From Gemmatimonadaceae bacterium (GTDB lineage: Bacteria > Gemmatimonadota > Gemmatimonadetes > Gemmatimonadales > Gemmatimonadaceae), in NCBI GenBank assembly GCA_044224875.1, contig JBGAJQ010000098.1, forward strand, positions 1-12,764: a stretch of DNA of 12,764 nucleotides. Direction: 5' to 3'. This document shows positions 1 to 7,545 of this stretch, in pieces (the stretch's first letter is position 1; every line of letters begins with the position of its first letter). The notes beneath the pieces are model-generated. The model was given only the letters and a program-made list of their open reading frames with translations, was not told where the DNA came from and made no database searches. A program made the position numbers and the translations under genes.

Positions 1-1
1 C

Positions 2-265
2 GCTGCGTCGGCGTGGGAACTCGAGATCAAGGCGAAGAAAGGGAAGTTGGTACTGCCGTCGGATTGGCTCGACGCGGCCGGGTCGGTTGGGTTCCTCGAG
101 CTTCCGGTGACTGCGAGCGTCGCGCAGGCGAGTGCTCGACTGCCGTGGCACCACGCCGATCCCTTCGATCGCATAATCGTCGCACAAGCAATGGAGCGAG
201 GGCTGCGCGTTGCCACGCGCGACGCCGTGATGGGCGCGTACGAGGTGCCGCTGCTGGAAGTGTGA
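2..265 (+). CDS. vapC: PIN-domain (VapC-type) type II toxin, 5'-truncated by the window edge
   Basis: The frame is open from base 2: AASAWELEIKAKKGKL...LPWHHADPFDRIIVAQAMERGLRVATRD...YEVPLLEV-TGA. The S-x-WE-x-x-IK-x-x-x-GKL, H-x-DPFDR-x-x-x-AQA and T-x-D motifs are typical of VapC PIN nucleases. The track start at 47 is internal. Confidence 0.92.
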   Translation, partial: AASAWELEIKAKKGKLVLPSDWLDAAGSVGFLELPVTASVAQASARLPWHHADPFDRIIVAQAMERGLRVATRDAVMGAYEVPLLEV

Positions 266-332
266 GGGCCGCTCAGGTGGGGTCCCCTTCTGCACCGCGT
301 GTCAGAATTGCGTCGTGAGTCCGAGGAGAACC

Positions 333-1019
333 ATGAATCGCCATCGCCTGGTCGCCTTGCTCCTGATCGCACTCTCAGGGTGCGCCAGTCCGAGCGAGGT
401 CACAGAGTCAACACCCGTCACCCTCGTGGTGATGAATCTCGTACGCGATCGATCCACCGTGTTGGTTTCCGGTGACGTCGATCCGGACTCGCTGCGTTAT
501 GGCGAGGCGAAGCGCCTCATCGATCGGCGAGGCACGGGCTTTGGACCTGCACCGCGCGGCATAATCGTTACTACGAGCGCAGGGATTTCCATCGAGGGGA
601 TCTCGTTCAACCGCGTTGGGCAATCCGTCTTGCTGTTCGGGTCGTCGTCGCAGCCCGCGTTCGCGTTTGCCGGTGACACGGCTGGTCCTCGTGCCGACGT
701 TGCCAACATTCGCTTGGCGTTGCTCGCGCCAGATGCCCCGTTGGTGAAGGGCTTTGTGCTCCCCGCCGACGTGAGTCTGGCCGTGGCTCAACCCTGGATA
801 AGTACTCAGTCGCCCTACCAAGCTCCGTCCATCACGACCTTCTTCCGCGGCCCGCCGCAGGCGTACCGCGTCTACTTCACTCGGTACGCTCCGGCGAGCG
901 CCGAGCCTTTGCTGGCGGCAACGGACGCGTTCACCGTTGCGGCTGGCGAGGTCGTGACGGTGATGCTGGATCGGCAGGGCGCCGACTATGTCGCGGCAGC
1001 GATCCGGGAGCCCCGATAA
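333..1019 (+). CDS. Putative lipoprotein, possibly DUF4397-like
   Basis: GAGGAG RBS at 323-328 precedes ATG 333. Signal peptide MNRHRLVALLLIALSG-C. The segment ANIRLALLAPDAP...YRVYFT...FTVAAGEVVTVML resembles DUF4397 beta-sandwich repeats (from memory, not searched). Confidence 0.75.
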   Translation: MNRHRLVALLLIALSGCASPSEVTESTPVTLVVMNLVRDRSTVLVSGDVDPDSLRYGEAKRLIDRRGTGFGPAPRGIIVTTSAGISIEGISFNRVGQSVLLFGSSSQPAFAFAGDTAGPRADVANIRLALLAPDAPLVKGFVLPADVSLAVAQPWISTQSPYQAPSITTFFRGPPQAYRVYFTRYAPASAEPLLAATDAFTVAAGEVVTVMLDRQGADYVAAAIREPR

Positions 1020-1069
1020 CTGCACGAGCGGCGATGGCGGTGCCAACGTTCTCCGGCGATTGAACGGCA

Positions 1070-3388
1070 CTACTGAACCACGATGTTCTTGACCAGTGTG
1101 TTGTTCGTGCTATTCGCATCCGCTTGCTGACCCGTCAGGATCATCGTCACCGGATGTGTCCCCGTCGCGGTTGCCTTGGCCGTGATCGTGAAATCCACAA
1201 ATCCTCCGCTGGCACTCCCCGGAACCTGGCATGTGAGCCCAGCGGAATTGGCGGCGCAGGTGGCACCAGTGGCGCTCACATATCGCACGCCCGTCGGAAT
1301 CGGCACAAAGAATGTCGCGCCCGTCGACAGGGTCGGGCCACTGTTGCTGCTGCGAAATGTGACCGGGAAGATTTGTCCCACAACGAGCGGCGGCGGCGGT
1401 ACGGTGATCGAGAGCGCGAGGTCGGCGCTTCCGTCATTGTCCGTGACGGTGACTTCAAGGAGCGAGATGGCCGCTGACCGGAACGCGGGATCGGTGCTGG
1501 TGACGGAATGTCGGAGCGTATCGGTCTCGGTTGGCTCAATGACCGGGTCATCATTGGCAACCACGAGGACCAGCATTGGAAGCTCCCAGTCTCCTGGCGA
1601 GAAGGTGGGAGCTGACGGTGTGACCAACACGTCCGTCCCGTTCGACGTGATTCCCATCGTCACGACCGCGGTGGGCGCGGAACCCGCACACAGCGCGTAA
1701 TTGGTCGCCACGCCCCCTTCGGCAAGAGCCAGCGTCGTGGTAGAGATCGAAATCGGGACGGTCGGGTCGAAGCCGACGACGTAGTCCGTGCTGCCGCCGG
1801 CGCCAAGCCGCCAGCCTCGACCCGGCCCCGGTCGCGTGCCAGTCACCGTGGCGAATTGGCCCGCGACAGTTTGTGGGCCGACATACCGAATGAAGGGGAT
1901 GACCTGGCCACAGGAACCACCGGCAAATGGCGCAATCGTCCGCAGGTCCAAGGTTCCATCGAACGTGATATCGCCGGACAACCGCAATTCATCGAACGAT
2001 CCACTGGCGGTGTCTCCCAACTCCACCACGATTGTGGTGAGCGGACCCAAAAGCAGGTCATCAAACGCCAGGGAGCCGAACTGGTTTGGCGCGACGAGTC
2101 CGCCGGATCCGGTAATATGCGAGCTGAAGAAGTAGGTCTCGCCGGTCACCGCGCCCTCGGAGACGAACGTCGTTCCGATCAGCTGCAACCTTCCCCCAGC
2201 GATGCCGATCTGTCCGCGATTTCTCAAGAGATCGCCCGCGGCGCCGACCGAAAGCGTGTCGGTGACGAGCAGTGTTCCCTCGTTCACCAGGCTGTCCGTT
2301 GCAAGGTCGATTGGGCCAAGGCCTGCCTCGGTCGTTCCGCGATTGATCAGGCCGAATGGCGCACTGAAGGTTGCATGACCCGGCGCGAGTCCGTGACTTA
2401 GTTCAAGGACACCGTTGACGATCACGGGGCCGCCGCTGGTAGTCCGGAGGGTGGTCGAGCCCCCGGGCCCGCCGAACGCTTGAATAGTAGTACTGTCCCC
2501 GATGTGTCCCGTAACCGTGATCGCGTCGAACGCCGGGTCGACCTGAACGAAGCCCGCCATGGTCGTCGTGTTCAGGCGCAGGTTCATGCTGACGAGACGC
2601 ACCGTGGGGAGCGTTCCGTTCGGCGTCTGCGGAGCGATGTGACCCGCTGTCCAGACAAAGCGAGCCGTATCGGTCGCGCTCACCTGGCCACTCACCTGTA
2701 GCTGGCTGCTCCCGGAAATGGTTCCCCCTTCCATGCGGATGTGCTGGGTTTCGTTCAGAGCAATCGGCGTGAACGCGTCCACAATGACATCTCCCGTATT
2801 CGTGAACGCCTCTGTCGCGGATAGCAGGAATGAGGCTGACGACCGTAGCTGTAGCGTGCCATTGTTGACGATGGATCCGGCGAGGATGGTTGAGGCGCCG
2901 GCGCACGCGGCGGCGACGCGCAATGTGCCGTCGACAATCACATCGGCTGCGGTGGGGCCCAGTGCCGGAGTACATCCGCGGAGGATGAGCGCGGCGCCGG
3001 CGGCCACGTATGCCGTTTGGGACGGGAGCAACAGTCCACCGGAGTCCACCTGCAACCGAATGTTGGAGCTGCCATCGCCGACGTGCAGCTCCTTCGGAGC
3101 CGCGGCGGTGGCCGTTCCGATCGTCACCGTGTACGACCCCGAGGCATCGATGCAGGCGACGTCGGCCACCCCCGGAACGATCGCGGGCGTCCACCGAAGG
3201 GGGTTCGTCCACGCACCGTTGATGGCGCTGGCCCAGTGGTGCGTGCATGCAGCTAGCGCGACCGTCGGAGTTCGCACAAGCGTCATCTCTTGTCGCATGC
3301 TCGGCTCACCGTGCTTCGCCATCCCGGTCGGTTCGTGGCAAGCCGCCACGAGCAACAACAGGGAGCCACAGCGCAGAGTGGAGGTCAT
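1070..3388 (-). CDS. Large surface lipoprotein: G/T/N-rich passenger-like beta region, Calx-beta-like domain and C-terminal DUF11-like Ig domain
   Basis: 772-aa ORF with lipobox LLLVAA-C. Passenger-like motifs W...GAWTNPLRW, NNGTL, NTGDV, NEGTL and ELGD...FDELRLSGDITFDGTLDL. Calx-beta-like segment LAEGG...PTAVVT...TFSPGDW...ANDD...VTDND. Terminal ADLALS...N.GP...RYVSA...D....NN domain. Confidence 0.85.
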   Translation of the reverse strand: MTSTLRCGSLLLLVAACHEPTGMAKHGEPSMRQEMTLVRTPTVALAACTHHWASAINGAWTNPLRWTPAIVPGVADVACIDASGSYTVTIGTATAAAPKELHVGDGSSNIRLQVDSGGLLLPSQTAYVAAGAALILRGCTPALGPTAADVIVDGTLRVAAACAGASTILAGSIVNNGTLQLRSSASFLLSATEAFTNTGDVIVDAFTPIALNETQHIRMEGGTISGSSQLQVSGQVSATDTARFVWTAGHIAPQTPNGTLPTVRLVSMNLRLNTTTMAGFVQVDPAFDAITVTGHIGDSTTIQAFGGPGGSTTLRTTSGGPVIVNGVLELSHGLAPGHATFSAPFGLINRGTTEAGLGPIDLATDSLVNEGTLLVTDTLSVGAAGDLLRNRGQIGIAGGRLQLIGTTFVSEGAVTGETYFFSSHITGSGGLVAPNQFGSLAFDDLLLGPLTTIVVELGDTASGSFDELRLSGDITFDGTLDLRTIAPFAGGSCGQVIPFIRYVGPQTVAGQFATVTGTRPGPGRGWRLGAGGSTDYVVGFDPTVPISISTTTLALAEGGVATNYALCAGSAPTAVVTMGITSNGTDVLVTPSAPTFSPGDWELPMLVLVVANDDPVIEPTETDTLRHSVTSTDPAFRSAAISLLEVTVTDNDGSADLALSITVPPPPLVVGQIFPVTFRSSNSGPTLSTGATFFVPIPTGVRYVSATGATCAANSAGLTCQVPGSASGGFVDFTITAKATATGTHPVTMILTGQQADANSTNNTLVKNIVVQ

Positions 3389-3586
3389 AGTAAGTGTCCG
3401 CCAGGGTCGGGGCGCGGCTTACTGCCGGGCCTGTCCTTGGAGGCGACAGAACGTCTTGGGCATGGACATCGCGCAGCGACACTCGAGGTGCCGCCAAGTG
3501 CGCCGGAGCGACCGCGCACACGATGATGCGCCACTGCGAGAAGGGCGATTCGTAACCAACGCGTGACTTGGCACGTACGGAGTCGC

Positions 3587-4723
3587 ATGAGGAACATCCC
3601 TTCGACTCTTGCGGTTGCGATCGTGCTCGGCCCATCCGTCGCCTGCGTACACCCACGCCCGGGCACCCCCGACCTTCGCGTCAATGACCAGAGCGCCGCG
3701 GAGGCGCTCTTCACCCGCTTCGACTCGCTGCGCACCACTCAACGCATTCCCGGGCTTGCCGCAGTCGTGCTCCGGGACACCACCCTGATTCTCGCGCGCG
3801 GATTCGGCGTCGCCGATATCGAGCACAATACGCCAGTTACCCCAGAGACGCCGTTCAACATCGCCTCAGTCGCCAAGCCGATATCCGCTGTCGTTGCCCT
3901 GCGACTCGTTCAGGATGGGTTGCTCGATCTCGACCAACCGATGCAGCGCTATCGCGACTTCGCCGAGTTCTGCACCGCCACGCGAGCCGAAGGTGGCCCG
4001 TTCTTCAGCGACTACGCATGCGAAGGCGAACGACTGACGCTTCGCCACGTGCTTTCGATGACCGTGAACGGCACCGCGGGCAGTCGTTTCTGGTACAACC
4101 CTCCCTCGTACTCGTGGGCATCGCGACCGATGGCCGAAGTGTCTGGCCGCGCATTTTCTGACCTCGTCGATTCACTCGTCTTTCGGCCGGCGAGTATGCG
4201 GCACGCGGCGCGGACTCATCGTCGGCTCCAACTTCCGCCAGCCATTGCGGCAAGCCTCGCCATCCCGTACCATGTCGACTCAACCGGGCGAGTGGTACGA
4301 TCGGATCCCCCCCCACCACAGGGCGACGGTGCAGCTGGCGGCGTGATCGCCAGCGCTATGGACCTGGCGCGTTTCGACATCGCGCTCGCCAGTGATCGAC
4401 TCATTACCCCGGCACTGCGTGCGAGCCTGTGGACGCCAGCACGGGCGCCAAGCGGGGAGCTGTTGCCCTACGGCCTGGGTTGGTTTCTGGCCACGCGTTC
4501 CGGCCGTCAACTCGCCTGGCACACGGGACTTTGGGACGGACAGTACTCGGCGTTGTACCTGAAGGTCCTCGCGGACAATCCTGCGGACCGCCTGACGTTG
4601 ATCCTGCTCGCCAATAGCGATGCGCTGAAGTGGCCTACGCGGCTCGACGAGGCGGCTGTGGAGCGATCGCCCTACGCGATGGCGTTCCTGGAGTCGTTCC
4701 CTGCCAGGCGCTCGGCGCCCTGA
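3587..4723 (+). CDS. Serine hydrolase of the beta-lactamase/AmpC-like family, probable lipoprotein
   Basis: IPGLAAVV...GFGVAD...TPETPFNIASVAK (SxxK), LRHVLSMT, AAGGVIASAMDLARF, YGLGW and WHTG motifs. ATG 3587 follows GGAG (3579-3582); the track uses GTG 3563. The signal peptide ends SVA-C. Confidence 0.92.
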   Translation: MRNIPSTLAVAIVLGPSVACVHPRPGTPDLRVNDQSAAEALFTRFDSLRTTQRIPGLAAVVLRDTTLILARGFGVADIEHNTPVTPETPFNIASVAKPISAVVALRLVQDGLLDLDQPMQRYRDFAEFCTATRAEGGPFFSDYACEGERLTLRHVLSMTVNGTAGSRFWYNPPSYSWASRPMAEVSGRAFSDLVDSLVFRPASMRHAARTHRRLQLPPAIAASLAIPYHVDSTGRVVRSDPPPPQGDGAAGGVIASAMDLARFDIALASDRLITPALRASLWTPARAPSGELLPYGLGWFLATRSGRQLAWHTGLWDGQYSALYLKVLADNPADRLTLILLANSDALKWPTRLDEAAVERSPYAMAFLESFPARRSAP

Positions 4724-4871
4724 CCCAGTCTGGTGCACTCTGCACCCGACAAGCGCACGAAACGGATTCTAGGCACTCCCGGCTGAAAGCGGGCCACCGC
4801 GTTGGAGGGACGGGTCCCAGAGACCGTAGAGTGCAGAGTAGCCCATTTCGGATTTGAGCGGATGGACTGGG
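4724..4871. repeat. Intergenic set of nested inverted repeats
   Basis: CCCAGTC (4724-4730) pairs with GACTGGG (4865-4871). ACTCTGCACCCGAC (4737-4750) pairs with GTAGAGTGCAGAGT (4826-4839) at 12 of 14 positions. Small internal hairpins lie between them. Confidence 0.45.
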
Positions 4872-5131
4872 GGAGGCCGGTACCTGCGAGGGGAAGACCA
4901 GAGCGCTTTCGGCCGAAGTGAGCCATCCTCGATATACACGTGAACTCAGGCCGTTCGATCAACGAACCGCGACACGATGTCCGGGTTTCTGCTCCCATTG
5001 CGCCTTGTGGGGTGACGCCTCATTTCTCCTCCACGCGAGTTTGGCGGAGCGACGCGGGCAATCGACCGCTTAGCGAATCGAGAGTCGTCAGCCGACCAAT
5101 TTGAGTCCCGTCATTCCATCCCGAGATCCCC

Positions 5132-6481
5132 ATGCGAAAACTCGTCCTCCTCACGCTGTTGACCATCCTCGTCGCTGCCTGCGAGTCCAACGCGGTGCTG
5201 CAGCCGGTGACGGTCACCAGGCCGTCGCTCACTGCCGCCGCGGGGGTCCTTGGCGCGATATGCCCGGCGCCGCCAACGGGGCTCGTCTCGTGGTGGAAGG
5301 GAGATAACACCGGCTCCGACGCGGTCGGTGGAAACGACGCGACTTTGCTGAACGGTGTTGCTTTCGCGCCGGGACAGGTCAACAACGGATTCCTGCTCGA
5401 CGGCCTCAACGACGACGTTTTGGTGGGGACCAAGGCGAATCTCAACCTTGGCGCCGGAACTGGCTACACCCTTCAGGCGTGGGTGCGTCCCGAGGGATCC
5501 GGTAACACGGGGAATCGCGGCGCTGGTCCGATCCTCGAATGGGTGAATGGCGTTCACGTCTGAAACTTCAACGCGGGCGGCGGGACGACCGGGCTTCATG
5601 TCAACTTGGTAGAGCTGAACGGGACCCAGCACCTCATTGCCCTTCCGACGGCCCTGACCCAGCTCGTGTGGAACCACATCGCCGTCAGTTACAACAAGAC
5701 GAACGGCGCGGCCGTAGTCTACGTCAACGGGGCCCCGGTTCAGACGGCGATGTTCCCCGTCTTCACGTCGCAGACGAGCACGGACTTGCACATCGGCAAT
5801 CGTCCGACAAACAGCTTTGGCGGCAGCTTGGCCGGTGCGTTCAAGGGGCGCATAGACGACGTCCAGATGTATGGGCGCGTGTTGACGGGTGCTGAAGTTC
5901 TTGGCCTGTATAGCGTCGGAATCGGTGGCGGTTGCGCACTGTCGGCCAGTGCGGGAACCCCGGTGGCCGGAACCGAGGGGACCTCCGTCAGCTTTGCCGG
6001 TTCCGCCAGTAACAACCAGGGAGCCACGACGTTTGACTGGGACTTCGGCGACGGGAGCGCGCACGGCGCGGGTGCAACGCCAAGCCATACCTACGTTGAC
6101 AACGGCGTGTACGCGGTGACGCTGACCGTGACCGACGCGGCAGGGACGGCCACGGCGACAACGACGGCGACGATCGGCAATGTCGCTCCGGTGCCAACGC
6201 TGACCCTGCAGTCTGTCCCACCGATTCACACCGGCGTGCCGTTCACGATGCGTGCCGGTTTCAGCGACAAGGGGACGTCGGACGGGACCTGGACGTACAA
6301 GTTTTTCCGGAACACCACGCTGCTGCAGCAAGGAACGCGTGCCACTCAGCCTCCGTCAGGCGCCACACAGGCGGTCACGCTCACCGCGGGCGCGGTCGGA
6401 ACGTATACCTACCGTCTGGAGATCACCGACAAGGACGGAGCGACGGGCACTCAGTCGCTGGTGGTCCAGGTCGTGCCCTAA
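5132..6481 (+). pseudogene. LamG-like jellyroll + PKD + Ig-like lipoprotein (449 aa if read through), interrupted by an in-frame TGA at 5561-5563
   Basis: Track ORFs 5132-5563 and 5606-6481 share one frame and are separated by a single stop: ...EWVNGVHV*NFNAGGGTTGLHVNLVE... Lipobox LVAA-C. LamG motifs lie on both sides of the stop (GLVSWWKGD, LDGLNDDV, YTLQAWVRP before; WNHIAVSY, VYVNG, FKGRIDDVQMYGRVLT after). PKD motif FDWDFGDG...HTYVDNGVYAVTLTVTD. It could be an intact CDS if the stop is a sequencing error. Confidence 0.8.
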
Positions 6482-6510
6482 AGCCCCAGCGGGCAGTAAC
6501 GGCACTCACG

Positions 6511-6546
6511 GACTCGCGACGCGCCCCTGTTGGGCGCGTCGCAGTC
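6511..6546 (+). terminator. GC-rich hairpin after the LamG-PKD gene (terminator-like, no U-tract)
   Basis: Perfect 11-bp stem GCGACGCGCCC (6516-6526), loop CTGTT, GGGCGCGTCGC (6532-6542), extended by GACT/AGTC across one bulge. It begins 30 nt after the TAA. Confidence 0.6.
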
Positions 6547-6756
6547 GCGCGTTCCGAAGTGCCGGGCGATCGATGGAGCGGTGTGTTGCGTCTGACTTCG
6601 CGCTGGCCGATGACGAAACTCTCCTGGTTGCCCGCACCGCGAACGCACTTACACGTTGCGCCTTGGACTGGTTGCCATTTGACAATCACGGGAAAGGAGG
6701 GGCCGGTCAGGGACACACCTGGACTGGGCAGTCTCTAGTTGGTACAGGAGGTGACC

Positions 6757-7266
6757 GTGCCAGCCAATCCGCGTTGGTCGTTGTTGAGGACACTAACGAG
6801 CGTGATTCTCGTCGCGTGCGCCGAGGCTTCCATGCCGACGCCGATTCCGGAGCAGCTGCAAATTGGCACTTGGGGCGGTGCCGAGGCGGGCGTGCTGGTG
6901 AGCGACACGGTGGTCCACGTGCACGTGGGATGCACGAATGGCAATTTTCCGTCGCCTATCCACCTGGACGCGCAGGGCAGGTTTGATGTGACGGGACGTT
7001 ACCAGCCACGTGCGTATCCCGTCCCATTCGGACCCGAGGTTCCGGCGCACCTGACGGGACAGCTCCACGGGAACAGCGTGACGTTCCGCGTCGTGGTCGA
7101 CGACACGATCGTGCACCAAACGCTGACGCTTGGACCCAAGGTGGTTCGGTACGGCACGGAGCCGGGGATGGCGATCTGCCCGATTTGTCGCGACCCAAGC
7201 ATGCCACGTCGCGACGGAGTACGCCTCGTAGCGGCGGCCGACGCCACGAGACGGAGGGGCCGCTAG
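6757..7266 (+). CDS. Hypothetical lipoprotein with a C-terminal CxxC
   Basis: AGGAGG RBS at about 6746-6751 precedes GTG 6757. Signal MPANPRWSLLRTLTSVILVA-C. The beta-rich body contains GTWGG, HVHVGC and AICPICR. Confidence 0.78.
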   Translation: MPANPRWSLLRTLTSVILVACAEASMPTPIPEQLQIGTWGGAEAGVLVSDTVVHVHVGCTNGNFPSPIHLDAQGRFDVTGRYQPRAYPVPFGPEVPAHLTGQLHGNSVTFRVVVDDTIVHQTLTLGPKVVRYGTEPGMAICPICRDPSMPRRDGVRLVAAADATRRRGR

Positions 7267-7276
7267 GGTCGCCGTC

Positions 7277-7471
7277 GTGGCCGGGCAACCGCTGCGTTGG
7301 TCCGAATCAGTGAGGACTGACGATTTCGTGGTGCGTCCGGAGACGTGCCCGATGCCCGACGGGTACTGGCCCGACGGCAACCGACACTTCGCCACCGTAT
7401 CGACTGCCTATCTACCGTCGGTCGATGTCCTCGATCGACGGGTTTGGGCCAAGGTCCCGAACGCTCAATAA
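7277..7471 (+). CDS. Possible small protein or gene remnant (64 aa)
   Basis: It fills the gap between the upstream TAG and the 7498 hairpin, and its third codon positions are mostly G/C. There is no RBS and no recognisable motif. Confidence 0.25.
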   Translation: MAGQPLRWSESVRTDDFVVRPETCPMPDGYWPDGNRHFATVSTAYLPSVDVLDRRVWAKVPNAQ

Positions 7472-7497
7472 CCTGACCGAGGGAGGCCAATAGCGCG

Positions 7498-7532
7498 GGG
7501 ACGGACCGCCCGATGTCCAGACGGCCCGCCCC
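7498..7532 (-). terminator. Hairpin downstream of the S8 peptidase gene
   Basis: Minus strand GGGGCGGGCCGTCTG-GACAT-CGGGCGGTCCGTCCC forms a continuous 15-bp stem with four G-U pairs, starting about 13 nt after the S8 stop. No U-tract follows. Confidence 0.6.
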
Positions 7533-7545
7533 ACTCGCCGGTATC

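Noticed and set aside
3552..3577. ECF-sigma promoter GTAAC-N17-CGTA before the serine hydrolase
   Set aside because: The match is plausible but short, and the implied start site would fall on or after the putative RBS. It cannot be supported without TSS data.
4770..4830. c-di-GMP-I or cobalamin riboswitch
   Set aside because: A GAAA-containing hairpin is present, but the other conserved consensus elements could not be matched.
5561..5610. Selenocysteine insertion at the in-frame TGA
   Set aside because: I see no convincing SECIS hairpin downstream, there is no redox motif context, and the position looks like Trp rather than Cys.
5111..6331. 406-aa minus-strand ORF and other long overlapping ORFs (2403-3248, 2718-3566, 408-1070, 6252-6986, 9716-10363)
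   Set aside because: These are shadow frames of well-supported genes in GC-rich DNA, mostly Arg/Pro/Ala-rich and without recognisable motifs.
6603..6622. Hammerhead-like string CCGATGACGAAAC
   Set aside because: The core should be CUGAUGA, there is no stem II before GAAA, and flanking stems are not evident.
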